Part shown: piece after piece, positions 18,955-33,564 of the stretch
How positions within the stretch are numbered: the first letter of the stretch is position 1
Layout of the letters: the number at the start of each line of letters is the position of its first letter
Origin: Trichoplax adhaerens
Taxonomy: Eukaryota; Animalia; Placozoa
Direction: 5' to 3'
Assembly (NCBI RefSeq): GCF_000150275.1
Contig: NW_002060944.1
Coordinates: 5,989,102 to 6,053,101, forward strand
DNA: 64,000 bases
Translations under genes and position numbers: made by a program
Notes under the pieces: model-generated
Told to the model about the DNA's origin: nothing
The model's database searches: none
Seen by the model: the letters and a program-made list of their open reading frames with translations, nothing else

Positions 18955-19572
18955 AATCAATTATATAGTATATGGTTCTGTACTTTAATATAGATAGATT
19001 CATATTCTGTTATGTCCGGTAGTAGCCCACTCCTGTGCGATCCTTTTCCAAATCAATTATATACAGTAGTATATAGTACTGTACTTTAATATAGATAGAT
19101 TCATATTCTATTGTGTCAGGTAGTAGCCCACTCCTGTGCGATCCTTTTCCAAATCAATTCTATACAGTAGTATATAGCACTGTACTTTAATATAGATAGA
19201 TTCATATTCTGTTATGTCAGGTAGTAGCTCACTCCTGTGCGATCCTTTTCCAAATCAATTATACTAGTGCAAACTCCCGTTGCTTTGCTGACGGTTTACG
19301 ATAATGTGCTCATTTAACAGATAGTATTACTATTTGATAGACCTGTCAGATGATCCTTTTCCAAATCAATTCTATACAGTAGTATATAGTTCTGTACTTT
19401 AATATAGATAGATTCATATTCTGTTGTGTCAGGTAGTAGCCCACTCCTGTGCGATCCTTTTCCAAATCAATTCTACACAGTAGTATACAGTATAGCACTG
19501 TACTCTAATATACTGTAGATAGATTCATATTCTCACTAGCCCCTCTCCTGTGCGATCCTTTTCCAAATCGAT
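18955..19572. repeat. Tandem array with a 101-bp period; one unit core replaced by unrelated sequence
   Basis: GATCCTTTTCCAAATC recurs at 19039, 19140, 19241, 19352, 19453 and 19554. Confidence 0.93.
19264..19350 (-). mobile_element. Putative non-autonomous Helitron fragment (3' terminus)
   Basis: The minus strand ends CCGT-CAGCAAAGCA-ACGG (hairpin), a 9-nt spacer, then CTAG|T. A possible A|TC start lies at 19350. Confidence 0.5.
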
Positions 19573-20497
19573 CTATGTGCACTGGTGCAGTACAGGACAG
19601 GACGGTACAGTACGGTATAGTACTATCAATGAAGCTACAGTACTGTAGTCCAATGGAAAGTATCGTACGCTGCGTACTGTACACTGTACAGTACAGTGGC
19701 GGGAAATCTGATATCACCACACAGTACAGTATACAAAACAAACAAAATAATGGCTCTCCAGATACAGTGCTGTACTGTACTGTACATACCGTACAGTATG
19801 AATTTTCGTACAGTACAGTACCACAAGCTACAGTACTATGTACTGTGCGTGCAGCCCTGCACACCATACTGTACAGTAACGGACAGTATGGTGACAACAC
19901 TACTGTAATGTACAGTACAGTACTCTACTGTAATGAATAAAACTACTACTGTACTAATGTGCACTGATCAGTAATGTGCGCTGCAGTCACTGGAAACATT
20001 TCAAAAATAAGCCCTAAATCTTCTTCTTTGGCAGGCTAGAAACTCTGCAAGATTCGGCTCCAACAGATTCCATCTGTACTGTGTGTGATACTGCAATCAT
20101 CTTTGCATTGGGTATCAGAAAGGAACCTTTTACTTCTAATCAATCAATCCATTCATTGATAATCAGTAGAACGCAAGATTTGAACCAGGTGAGTCAAGAG
20201 TGACTTCTTCCATCTTGAGGTGTAGTGATAGCATTGTCATGGCAATCAAATTCGGATGCCTGGATAATCTACTGATTTTGGACATTTATATGCTCCAGTC
20301 TTGAACAGTTGTTCTAGTCGAAAGTCCAACTTGAACACATTGCTAGATAGTACTTGACTGCTCCTTTCTATCAGAAAAGTGGTAAGTCAAAGAGAGGGAA
20401 AACTTGTTCAAAGCAAGTGTAGCCGCCGATATTGGTGTGCACTATAGCAAACATCCACCAACCACTTTCGACACCGACAACAACCAAATGGTGACTA

Positions 20498-23400
20498 ATG
20501 GCTACATCGAACCAAGGCTCTGGTATGTCAGTTGACTTTATGGAAGTTGTACTCAACGATAGATCACCTTACTCTACTTTTATCTTTATTTCCGTATTTC
20601 TTGATGAGTACGAGAATACTACGTTTGAGCTGCCAGTATTATAGCTGCTTACAACACCACCAACTGTATCTAAATTTGAAATACATCGGTAGACTTCTAT
20701 CGATAGGATTAAGAGATTAGGCAACTTTATTCAATTACCTCTTGATTACCAAATAGACATCCCCCAATAGGCTGTACTATATAGGTATAACAAATACTCT
20801 TGAATGATGATAAAGTAGAAATATTGTACAATCGCCTATTTTTAACCCTATCCTATTGCATCATGAGTGAAAATGTCTGATAATTATGGTCACCTTTGTT
20901 AACATCTTGAGTGAATGGCAACAAAGATTACGTGACCAATGGATTGCAACATCTACAGAAAGTCTATCATTAGTAGATATATGTATTGGGATCAACATTG
21001 ATCCAAACCATGTATTATTTCTCTTTATATAGTATCAATTTTTCTATTTCAACTGTAACTTGTTGCGTATACAGTAAACATAGTATTATTTTGGAGGTAT
21101 GATAGGGTACACTCGCTCAGTGCACACCATGAGTTCGATTCAGCTTGACTAATCAAACGTAGTAATACACGACAATATACAACTATCCAAAATAAAAAGT
21201 TATTGTCTAGATGTGTGTCTAAGACTACTATATCATGCGTTTACTGTAATATAGTGTCACGATTTCATTGCCAAATTCTGCAAATGTTATACATGCAGTA
21301 GCCTATCAAAAACCGAGAAAACCCAAAGTAATCACGATAAGTTTAGTGGTAGCTTATTCAAAATTAATTTGTAATTTTAGCATAGTACAATTGTCCATAA
21401 ATTGAGTAGGCTATATTCCAACTAAAGCATAAAGCAGCCCATTCCAATTGCAATTTACGGATCTGTTCGTTTCTTACCACGTTATAAAATGCATAATCAT
21501 TTCTATTAAAGTCAGTTAATGTAGAATTGTTTAAGACCGGGCAGACCTATGTACGGCTATATTACCTTAGGCTATTATTTCTTTTTCAAGTACAGCCTGT
21601 ACTTGACCACGATCAATACAAAATGATTAGTATTCTATCATGGGGTGTATATTTTAATGAAGCTTTATTGATCGTTAATTGTTTATTTCTCTTACTAGAT
21701 GAAATGCCTGGTTATCATCCATCTAATCATTTAGAACTTGTATGCGGAGATACTACTAGACTTACAAAACTACGAAAACTTGAAAAGGTGTTAAAGAAAG
21801 CAAAATCTTGTACTACCTTGTAATCTTGATCAATTTAGTTTACAGTTAACAATTTACTACCATTAATTAATTTTACTGTACAGTTTATGTCATTTAAATA
21901 TATCAAACGCTATCACCTTTAGTTGTGCAGTAGACTAATAATTTATTTTATTACTCAATATCATATCATCGAGGACATCTGAAATATAAAATTAATTATT
22001 TATTAAACTAAATCATTTCTTATACATCCCCATGTCAACATATAAATTCATGCCCAATGAATTACTTATTTAATAATAAATTTACCATAACTTTGCACAT
22101 CCACTTCAGCTAGACTATTCGCTATAGTATAATAAATCAGTTAATGCAACTGCTTCATTCTGATAGCTTGTCAAGCGTCAAGGCTACGTTGTACATTGGA
22201 CAAAATTGGAAGAAGTACATAAAAAGAAATTCGAGAGTGATGTAACATACGTTTTAGATCCTTTTTCTGGTCAATATTTTGAGCACTTGAAGCAAATTGG
22301 AGCCAGGTTAGCTTACTTGTTTGAGTATTATTTTTAAAACTGGTAAAATTAACTTTAAAATAAATCATATTCTTATTTATAAGAGAAGATTCTGCTATGT
22401 CCATATCCACAACTACTAATTTTCTAATAATTTACACTAAAATTGTATCTATTGTTAAAATTTTTTTCACGTGTTTAGAATTGTTGGCCCACAATGTCTG
22501 GAACACAGCATTACGAAAAAAGAGGTAAATTAGTTGTATTGGCAATACTATAGATGTTGTTTAAAAAACGAACGACAACTAACGTTATTGATATTCAACT
22601 AAACTAGTCAATCAGTCTAATTCTAATAGTAAAATAATAGGTTCGTTGATTTTCTCCTATTTTCATCCTTAGCCACTGCTAGATTCTCCGTATCCTGTTT
22701 TCAATTTTGTTATGAAAGATCTAGTAATATGTTGTACCAACTTATCAAAGGATGACCGGGTGAGCTATTGTATATAAGTCCATATACTACGCAATATCGC
22801 ATAGAATTTTAAAAATAACCAAATACCTTTGTAGCAGAGATTGTAAATATCGTGAGCCATCGATTGAAAACTGTTCTACAATATACGTAACTGTTGTTGC
22901 ATTCCATAAATTTAGGATGAACTACATTCTCTTATTAAAATGATGGGTGGTAAAGTTAATCCTCACTTAACAACAGATGTAAGTCTCATATACTAACAAA
23001 ACTGCAAGTAGAACTCTTGCAAATATTTATTCTACGCTAGCTAATCATGCTGTGTTATATAAGAAGCGATGCATAATGAAACATAATTACACGTTCACCC
23101 AATATTGAATTTGCTAGGTAACACATCTAGTTGCTGGCGAGGTTGGATCAAAAAAATATCAGGTTCCGACTTAATTGCGGTTACTATAGTGTTGTAATAT
23201 TCTTTCGATTCCCATTCCTGACGAGTTATAATTATGTTATCACATACACTAGGTTGCATTATCAATAGGCAAATCAATCGTTTCTCCAACATGGGTAACA
23301 GAAAGCTGGAAATTATCACAAGATCGGTAATTGAGCAATTAGTTGCGTGCAATCGACATAACAGATATTACACTGAAATTTTTTATTTGTCCACTCTATT

Positions 23401-26400
23401 ACATCAGGCCAATAATACCAACAGATGAGAATTTTATGGTATAATTTTTTGTGATCACTTAATAAATGTCATTTTCGATTTAATTCAACTATGTACTGTA
23501 AGACATTACCTAACTAAAATGATTGCAATTATTTCAGAACAAACATCTGTGTCCGATATTTTCTGGATGTACAATCTGTGTAACTGGATTAGATAAAGAG
23601 GAAAGAGGAAATATTGATAAACTAATTACTGTAAATGGTACGATATTGTTAGATTCGACGATAATAAGACATTATTAAAGATATTATTTTTCACGAAGCA
23701 ATGCAAGGATATCTATCATATTCTAGAAAAACAATTGAGTTTCTAAACATGTAATATTTCATTCTTGATGATGTATTACTTTAGGCGGCAGTTATTCGCC
23801 GGAATTAGATCAGAGGTGCACACATCTATTGGTTAACGTACCGAAAGGTTGGTAATGATAATCAATAACGATTACAGTATATAAAGTTAGTTTGCTAATA
23901 TAATTACTCTTCCAACTTTAATAACTTTATCTATGTAAATAGGGGATAAATATGAATATGCTTTACAATGGAATATTCATTGTGTATTAACTAAGGTATT
24001 TTAGCTGTAAAATTTCTTCGTATTAAAATCCTGCAATGAGAGTTATCTATTTTGTGTTGTCCAATACGTTAATGTATAGCTACTGTTTGTAACAACTCTG
24101 AATTTTACGTTTTAGTGGTTCTATGACAGCTTGAAAGCTAAAGGTGCACTGAGTGAAAATAAATATATTTGTGTTAATAAAAGCTCGAAAAGTAACGAAC
24201 ATGCAAAAAGTAAGTAGTTTAGAAGATTTAACCATGCGTAAGGCTGTTTAGTGTTTTATACTGTATTAAAATTAAGACATACGCATACGCTTGATTTTAT
24301 AGGCCGAGAAGTTGCGCATTCATCTACAAATCGGCAATCACAGATAAGAAGTCTAGAGGAAATTAAGAAGAGCGAATCTAGAGAAACAAAGTTGGATATT
24401 ACCATCCCCGAACACAGCTCATTCTTTCTTGATGGATGCAAGGTTTAATCTATTATATTAACATGCATTTATAACAGATCTTACGAACCTGCTTATATCT
24501 CTTTACGTTTAGATCTTATTAAGCGGTTTTAATGAAATTCAGCAAAGTCAACTACAAAGTGTGATTAATTCTGGTGGAGGCACAAGGTAATGCCATTTCT
24601 TGTTATGGGTAACTACAGTGTACAGGCTTAAGTTGCCCTTGAAATTCTAAAATGAATAAAAAATGAACAAGTTATACAGATACAGTTTTAGGATCGTAAC
24701 TTATTATTTCAATTGTATACAACTACGGCTACCAGATTTAATACTTTGGAAGATTCAGTTACTCACGTCGTAATATCGGAAGATAGCTTATGGAATCCTA
24801 CTGATTTAAAAGCCTTAAAATCTCAGTAAGGCAATATATGCATATACGCATAATTACTATCAATATCTGGTATTATATATAAAATGAGGATACTTAATTT
24901 TTGCGAATAGACCGTTTGTTGTCTCTGTACGCTGGTTAATAGACTCATCTAAAAATGGGATAAAGCTTCCGGAAGATGATTATCTAGTGAATGCAAAAGC
25001 GTGAGTATAGACTACAGTAATTGCTATAAAAGCGGTACTAGCGGAGTTTAAATTTTTTACATCTCGTGTAGTACTGTACGTTGGGTTTACTTATCATCAA
25101 TAATTTTCATCATGTAGAGAAAGAAACAGTAGCACTTCCTTGCAACCCTCCCGTAAGAGGAAAAATGTAGGCCTTAGTCTTGCCGAATCAGACTATGGAG
25201 ATGTGACTGAGATTATCAATCAATATGTACCTGTTGATGGTAAAGATTACTTTTATAAGATAATGCTTCTCGAGTACATTAGCAAGAATTATCTTCCATT
25301 AAGCTCATTAACTTTTGAGTAGATTCTAAGAAAGCTCCAAGCGAATTGTTTTGTGGAAAGAAACTTTATATTTGTGGATTTACAGAAGCTCACATCACCC
25401 AGTTACAGCTAATAATAGAAACCAATGGAGGTAAATAAGTTTTGTTAACTGTGAGGTATTTAATTTTATACTATCGATATCAGTTTGAGGTTATCAATGC
25501 CACGTTTAAGGAGTGTTTTAAATCCTGAAGTAAAATTTACTTTGTAAATAAAAAATATGCGTAATTAAATTTTCAGGCCAAGTATTGACAAATTCTTTAC
25601 AAGCCGATATGATAATCACTCCTCCATGTATATATGAATCTGAGGATGAAAATTCATCATTAAGGAATTTACCCTGTGTAACTACTTATTATCTCGTACG
25701 TTTTGTAATCTTTGCTTAACAATAATACTAAAGTGCCTGTTAACGGAAATTAATCTCAGAATTTTAATTACGGTTAGGAGGATTGTCTTGAAGTGAAACA
25801 ACTAAAAGATATTAGTGAATCTGTTTTTTACAAGCCCTTTTATTTACCGGCTGGAGTCAACCCACTAAAGGATTGTGTCCTATCTATTAGGTATGTAATC
25901 GTAGCTTCTAAAATTTTACTTATCTGACTAATAATAACTGGTATTTGATGAACCTATTTAGTCAATTTTCCGGATCTTTAAGAAATTATTTAATTGAATT
26001 GATACGATTCGTAGGAGGAAGGTAATGAAGTCTTTGTACAGTAGTTTCAAACATTATAAGAAATTCAAGCTTGTTTTGAAGACTTAATGGAAATTGATTC
26101 TATATTAAATAGATTTCAGGAGCAGCTAGTAAGGTTGCCGCAAGGTAAACTTTATCCAAGTACGCATTTACTGCTAATTAAACCATCAGGTTCGAAATAT
26201 GGCGCCGCAAAGAAGTGGAAAATACCAACTGTCTCTGAGAAGTATGTATACTTAGAAATTTTTACTAACTGACTATGCTTTTGTAACAAAGTCATTTGAT
26301 TTTTTAGGTGGTTGATAGCATCTTGCGAGGCAGCAGAGAGAGCCGTCGAAAATCAGTACATAGTCGACGAATTTGTATCCTCTGTAAAATCTACAGAAAA

Positions 26401-29400
26401 TACCACAACCATGGATACTGTACAGCCGGTTCCTGATACAACCGAAAGATTAAAGCCAGTTGAAACTTCCGTGCCAGATGCAGTACGTTCGGTAAGATGT
26501 GTACAACATTGATACTTATATAGCGCTGCTTACGATTGCCGAGGTCCGCCTATACTGTACTCGTACTATAAGGACTATCGGCTTAAAGCGTTGTTGGCAT
26601 AGGTATCCAAATCGTCTTAAATTTTTCAATTTATTTTTACAAGTTGAACTTAGTGTGATTGTGTTTCATATCCGATTTTCAGTTAGTAATTGATCCAGTA
26701 GAAGATAATTGCGAAGAGCCAACGATAGCGAACTCTGATAACAAAAAGGAGTTAACGGATGACGATAAAGAAAATGGAAACCCCGTAGAAGTTTTTGAAA
26801 GTGAAGTAAGTCAGTTGGAATATACGATGCAATAATATTCAGCTCAAGTTATATTTGCTTTATTCACAGTCGACAGTTCTGAAAGGTGTAACAATTTCTG
26901 CAAGTAAAAAACTAAGCTCAAGTCATCGTAAGTTCTGTGCTTTTATTCGGGAAATTCGACGATTAACGTCTAATCGTGCTATATTATAACTCATACAAGG
27001 TCAATTTGAAAGAGAAGCTTCACAACTAGGAGCCGACTGGCGTTGGACCTTTGAGGATTGCTGTACTCATTTTATCTATCAGGTAGCGGATGTGACGCTA
27101 ACTCGCGTCCAAATAGATAATGATAAATGTATCACACCATTACCAAATTTGTTTGAAAAAGTACGCAGTACTGTATGTAATTAGTAGTTCAATTGATTGA
27201 TACTGTGTTATATATGCATTGAGCACAGCCGTTGCACGCCTAAAATTAAGTGCTAATCAACTCTGTATCAAATGTAATAATGATAGGGAAAAGCGACCGA
27301 AAATAACAGAGAGTTGAAGGCAGCAAAGAAAGCAAAGGCTATTTTAGTATCACCTTCTTGGTTAAAAGCAGTAAATTTCGACAATCAGATTATAAATATA
27401 ATGACTTGTATTTATTACAAAATTAATTCTTACACATTTGAAGTCGTTAACAATGTTAAAATGTTCATTTTAAATTTTTTAGTGTTTAACAGAAAAACGC
27501 CGACTAGAAGAATCTAGTTATCCAATAACTTACAATCCTAAATTAAATTTGGTAAACAATATCAAATTTTTATTGCCTAATAACGTTTCGTTCACAGAAT
27601 ATACAAAAATGATTCTACACGCAACCCAGAAATGTATTTATTGACTAGTTTTTAATACACTATTATTTAACAATGACAGATTCGTATTTTGTTTCTGTAG
27701 TATATAATTGAAAACTAACCTAACTTAAAGTATTGCTTTGACTGCCTTATTAACTGTATATTATGACTATTGTATATATTATAATTATAATTTATATTGA
27801 CTAGCTTTGATAGCAGTTTAACATTTGAAATTCATTTCTATGGTATATAATCGAAACTAATACTAATTTGTTTTATTATTGTAAGTCCGTGTTATCCAGG
27901 ACTGAGAAAGAACTAAAGGTATACTGAAACTATAAATTATCTAGTTTTATAATATATCATCGATTTGCAACAATCTTCATCTCCTAATAAGGATGAGCCG
28001 GTCAGGAAAAGGCGAAGAACAAGGCGTAGCCTAAATCCGGAAAGTAATCAAGTTGAAAAATTTTTGGATGATTCGGGTTTAGACCCAGAAATAGACAAAA
28101 ATGACAATACCGGATTCGATAATTCAGGTAATAGATACCGGACCAAAATTTCTATCAATTGTAGTATTCAACCTATAAAATAGATAGCAAAAAGTTAATA
28201 ATCTATATATTTAATGTCTGATTACTAGTAGGTCATATAAGTGAAATCGAAAATGAAGATAACAGGGTAAGATATACATAGAGTACACAATTAAGATATC
28301 ATATCAATGCTACTACTAACCTGCTGCTGTAATTATCAGGAAGGAACGCTAGAATCACGTGAAGATTTTAAAAGACATGTAGACGAACTGATTGAAGTAA
28401 CTAGGTAACGTATCCGGGATTTCTACTATTAACTTTAGGGATCCATAAATCTTTACTGTTAATCTTTCCCCAGGGTAACAAGAAGTAGTCGCAAGAAAAG
28501 TCGGAAATCTCTCTCCTGTAAGATATAACTGGATATTTTTTCTACCGTAGTGTTGAAAATTCGAGGCTACCTTCCCTTAGTACTTTTCCACGATTTGAAT
28601 ATGGTAACATTCTCTGTAACTATTCGTACGCATACGCTGCTTCTTCTCTAGGTACTCCGGATTCAAAGGATATTCCTACTAGTGGAGAGGTACACACTTC
28701 TTGCTTTGTAAATTATACTGTTAAAAAGGCTGACTTACTTGACCCATTGAATAGTCAGGATGAATTGATAGTAATATTGTAGTACCGTGCTTGTTTTCCA
28801 TAGGCAAGCAAAACTAATCAAACGACACATCGCATAACCAGAAAAATGGCGCAAAATTTGGCCAACAAGATTACAGCAGGTAATTTAGTACATATAAGCG
28901 ATACTACGGTATATTAGCCAAGGTGTAACTTTTTCTGTATCATAGTAAGATATTATTCAACGATAATTGTTACTTGTATTCACTTGTCGACGCTACTATT
29001 AAGGTGAACCAGCGTCCGCATCCCTCGAATCTACTTCTGATTATTCTCAAACGGAGGCAATTACATATGATGACCCTGCTGGAAGGTAAGAAATCTCTTC
29101 TCTTTGCGCTATTGTCCATTAGCTATATAGTGCCACTTACCAATACTCTTTTGAATGTAGTCAGCTTTATTTCATGTAATTCATAATTACTCAGTGTAGA
29201 AAAGGTATTGTGTCATTCTTGTCATTAGACATATTCTTAAACATATTGTCATCCTGTTTGTATTCGAATGATGAAACTCAAAAAAAAACACAAAAAAATA
29301 ACTTTCTAAGGCAGGAGCGGGAAAGGATAAAAGCGCGGCTAAGACGAAATCGCAGTGGTGAGAAAACAGATTCTGAACGTGATGACCTAAACGAAACTTG

Positions 29401-32400
29401 TGACAGCAAGGATAGGTACTCCTAACAATAACGAATTGCAATTTTGGCGCAACAACAGTACTGTTGTGCTGGTTATGTGGCAAATATCAAATTCTAAACA
29501 ACATACCGTAGGACTACTGCACTTACTTACTATAAAATCAGAAACACTACATTACAATACACTAACGTAATTATGAAAAAAATAAATACCTATTCTTTAT
29601 CATACCCATGTCATTTAGTAGTTTAGAACGTAGAGACTTGTCAAGTTTGTGGAGTGGACCGAATAGCTTATAGAATAAAGTCATTATTTGTAGTCGTAGT
29701 AATGCACTGTAGTCGTGTTGGAAGTGGGCTATGCGTCAAATGTTAGTACGACAATGGTTGATGCTAAAACGATCTTGAATTTTGATGCTTATTTTATCAT
29801 TATTCATATGTATTCATATCTAGAGTAAAGATTAATACCGGACGGCAATCTCCTGCATCATTTGGTGTCCATTTATCCAGTACGTGGTGTATGATCATTG
29901 ATGAAAACGTTTTTAAAATATCGAATTCTACTGCTTGCTGAGATGCTTTGATAGTCTGTCTATCTATAACTGAAGAAACAGTTTCTTGTATTTGCTAAGA
30001 ATGATAACGAACAATATCTTACTTTGACATCACTTTAGACACGAATTTAAAAGTACTCTCAATGGGTGTTGATGAAGCTGAAGGAATTTGTAGCCCTGTA
30101 AATACTCAATATAAACGGTTTTCGTCTAACAACTAAGCTGATTTACCAATAATAATACATAAATAGAGCAAGATATTTGTAATAATAAGTATTTGTAGTA
30201 AATGATGATAAATGAACATTACTGAGATAAATGATCCTTTACTCTTCCTATGTAGTCGCCTGCCAAGGTACAATATCGATTTCTTCTATCTGCGATGAAA
30301 CCACAAGTACGTCTGCATATACATATATAACACTGCATATACGAATACACGTATGATACATATACATATGTTGATTCATTAACCGATACAATAAGTACTT
30401 GATAAAAAATTTTCTTACGACTGTCTTGAAGTTGTTCTAACCAAGCATATCTTAAAATGTATCTGATCGTTGATTGTATTTTTAAAATACGCGCATGTTT
30501 GCTGCCTTTTAGGAAAAGATAAATTACGCGGGCATTGTCGAAAATCTTGAAGGTGTATTCTATGATACGCAATACTTCACTCAAGCTTGCACACATGTAG
30601 TCGTCGGTGAGAACTTTCACTAATAGAATTTCTATCAATATGTTCTAAGTAGTCCTACCATTGACTTTTTTAAACAGCTTCAATTTTCTATCCTTTGAGT
30701 ACACGCTGTGTAACTTCTCCTAGTCTCAAATATACCTATTCTAAATTTTTAAGCCTTGAGCATAATTGTATTCTAAATGTTCTATAGTCTTGAGTCTATG
30801 TATTTTAGATTTCTTAATCTTCTAGTATAATTATTCACACTTTCAAATTTTCTATCTTGGGGCGCACACGTCTACATTTCTTCAAGTCTTCAATATAGGT
30901 TCTAAACTTCTTAGATTTCTGTACAGGGAGGTATTCAAAATTTCCTAGTCTTTTTGAGTTTACGTATTCTAAATTTTTCTAGTCTTGAGTAAATGCATTC
31001 TAAATTTGCTTCTGAGTATAGATATTCTAGATTTCTTAGCCTTGAGTATACACGCTTTAAACTTTCTAATCTTCTGGGTAAACCGTAGAAACGTATTCTA
31101 AATTTCTTAGCTTTGAGTACATGTACTCTAAAGTTCCCTACTCTTTGTTTTGTTATACATGTATCCTAAATTTTTCTATCTTGTACGTTCGTATATATAT
31201 ATACATATACATTTTAAAATTTCTTAGTCTTCAGTATAGGCATTCTAAAGGTCTTAGATTTCAGAACAGCAGCTAAAAATTTTCTAGTTTCCTCTGAGTT
31301 TACGCGCTCGATAATTAATTCCTAGTCTTGAATATTCTTACGTATCCTAAATTTCATAGTCTTTTTACGGTCTCTCTAAATTTTTAGTCTTCTGGCTATA
31401 CATGTCCTAGTTTTCTAGCCTTGAGCATACGAATTCTAAATCTATGTTACAGGAACAAACTTGCTCGATTATTTGTTGATGGTATCGTAATGAATTTGCA
31501 TCTATGTCCATTCTTTTGTCTGCAATTAATAAATAATTATCGCACTAGGTGATATCAATAGAAATGAAAAATGCCTGGCTGCTATGGCATCAGGAAAATG
31601 GTTGCTTCGTAAATCGTTCTTAGACGAAAGTCAATTGGCTGGAAGATTTGTTTCGGTAATTATAATTACTTTTACAGAGATAGCAGAGTAAAAAACTGGA
31701 TCTGTGCTCTTGGTTGCTGTAACTAGAAGTCGATTGATTGCATAATACAGACGGATGACGAAAGATGATGTAACTTACTACAGCGTGTCGATTCAGTTAA
31801 TGTTTTTTTTACGGCGCAGGAAGAAGAACACGAATGGGGCTCTGATCATGCTAATAATTCTTCGTTATCTAAATTGTCGATCGCAGCTCGAAGATGGCGA
31901 AAAAAAGTTCAAGAGGAAAATCGCAACAGAAAATTACAGGTAAAACAATAACTAACATTACTTGATGCACTGCTACAGACAGTTACTATTCTAAACTATA
32001 ATAAATCTATAACCAAGAAAAAGTATACTTACTCATCTTTGAACGATCGATATGATAACTTTGCTCTTATATATTAGTCAGCGTTTTTACTGCTTGAGTA
32101 AAGTTGTTAGTCAGAAGAAGCAAGTAGTTTTCAAGTATAGATTAATTCAAAAATGTGATGCTTTATTTAGGGTATTATCGGTGATCCATATGGTGCTTTT
32201 AAAGGTTGGAAAGTCCTACTATCGGTTGACGTTACAAGACAATCTGGATTTAAACGCTTACTTGAAGCTGGTTGCGCAACGGTAATGAAACTTAAACCTC
32301 CATTTCCTAATATTGAAGGTGTGACTCATGCCTTTATCGATACAAACAGAACAAAACCCGGTTCGGTATGCATATAAATTACAGATATTTCAATTTACAC

Positions 32401-32905
32401 AAGCTAGTGTTAAATTCATGAATTTAATAAAATACGATTGTAGTACAGATACTTGTCAACCAGTCAACTTGTGATCCAATGTTTGCGGTTGTAGTAGTAA
32501 TATTAAGACACAGCTATCGTGACTTCAGTTAAATGTGATTTCTTGTTTGTAACACGTAGATCGATCTGCAACAGCTTATTAATGCAAATATTGTCTGCCT
32601 TAAACCCGATTACATTGCAGAATATCTAACCCATGTAAGTTTCTTTATGGTACATCTTCAATCGGTGTATTCCTGGCATTTAGACCATGCCACTTGTACA
32701 TACGGTAGTAGAAGAAAATAGATACAAAGCAACGACTAGTAAACTAAACATCTTTAAATTTGGTTTCCATCCTACTGCATTTTTGTTATCTTCAAAGGTA
32801 ATGTATACTGAACATTGATGATCTTCTATTTATGTTATTAAGGATCCACCGCCCAATCCCGATTCTTTCATACTCTCAGAAGTTCAAAATTTGATGAAAT
32901 CCTAG
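20498..32905 (+). CDS. TOPBP1: DNA topoisomerase II-binding protein 1, more than 35 small exons, BRCT0-8 plus ATR-activation domain
   Basis: Spliced peptides: RIVGPQC (BRCT0), MKDLVICCTNL..VTHLVAGEVGSKKY (BRCT1), CPIFSGCTICVTGL..GDKYEYALQWNIHCV (BRCT2), FLDGCKILLSGF (BRCT3), LFCGKKLYICGF (BRCT4), PLKDCVLSISQF..SKYGAAKKWKIPTV (BRCT5), CTHFIYQG (BRCT6), SQTEAITYDDP (AAD), RNEKCLAAMASGKW (BRCT7), GAFKGWKV..GFKRLLEAG (BRCT8). TAG at 32903-05. The start exon (20498) is tentative; the model is firm from about 21.7 kb. Confidence 0.9.
30700..31445. repeat. Degenerate ~36-40 bp minisatellite inside the TOPBP1 intron that splits BRCT7
   Basis: Roughly 20 variants of TATTCTAAATTTCTTAGTCTTGAGTA in intron ~30608-31548. 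Confidence 0.85.
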
Positions 32906-33564
32906 TAAACTTATTGATAATGATGTCTTCAATAAATAAATGTTCTATTATCTTCTATATCAAGATGACGTTTAAATTTGGATGACTCCATGATTTTCTA
33001 TCTAAAAATTTAACGTACTACTGTAATATTGAATATTGTCTTACTGCAGGATACAATACAGAACAACGTATTCTATTAACCTACTGTGTATTTTTATAGG
33101 CATTTTGTAGTACGACCATACTTATCAAGGTTTAATTAAAACATATAAATAAACATTTAATTAAATTGTACTGAACAGTGTACTTGTTTTTTCTGCTACA
33201 ATAATTTTATGTGGTACATACCATAGGCGTCGGTGTTCGGTGCCAAAACATCTCTCTAATCCGATACAGTTCGCATTGTACAGTACATGGTACATTTTAG
33301 CTAGTGCTGATAGCAATCTAGCTTGACATCTTGGTATAGTAGTTGGCACATACTTTGTAGGGCCGTTTATCATGTTCAATCTGTGCGTAGAAATGTTATA
33401 GTATACTACGCTACTATCCAAAAAGGTAAGCTACATACCACTTCGTAAAACAGCTGCAACGGCAACAATTTTCATGATCAACTGTAACAGATAGTTGTAT
33501 TGTATGGCGAATTTTGCATGATTTTTAAGTCTTGTTACGCAATAGTAGTAGTAGTAGTAGTAGA

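Noticed and set aside
19039-19572. CRISPR-like appearance (constant ~22-bp anchor with intervening sequence)
   Set aside because: The spacers are near-identical to each other, the context is eukaryotic, and there are no cas genes.
19505-19940. Overlapping ORFs rich in Y/C/T/V/Q/S (also at 406-907, 6217-6532, 6964-7665, 35459-35786 and 60424-60692)
   Set aside because: They are translation artefacts of TACTG/CAGTA repeats with no protein-family motifs.
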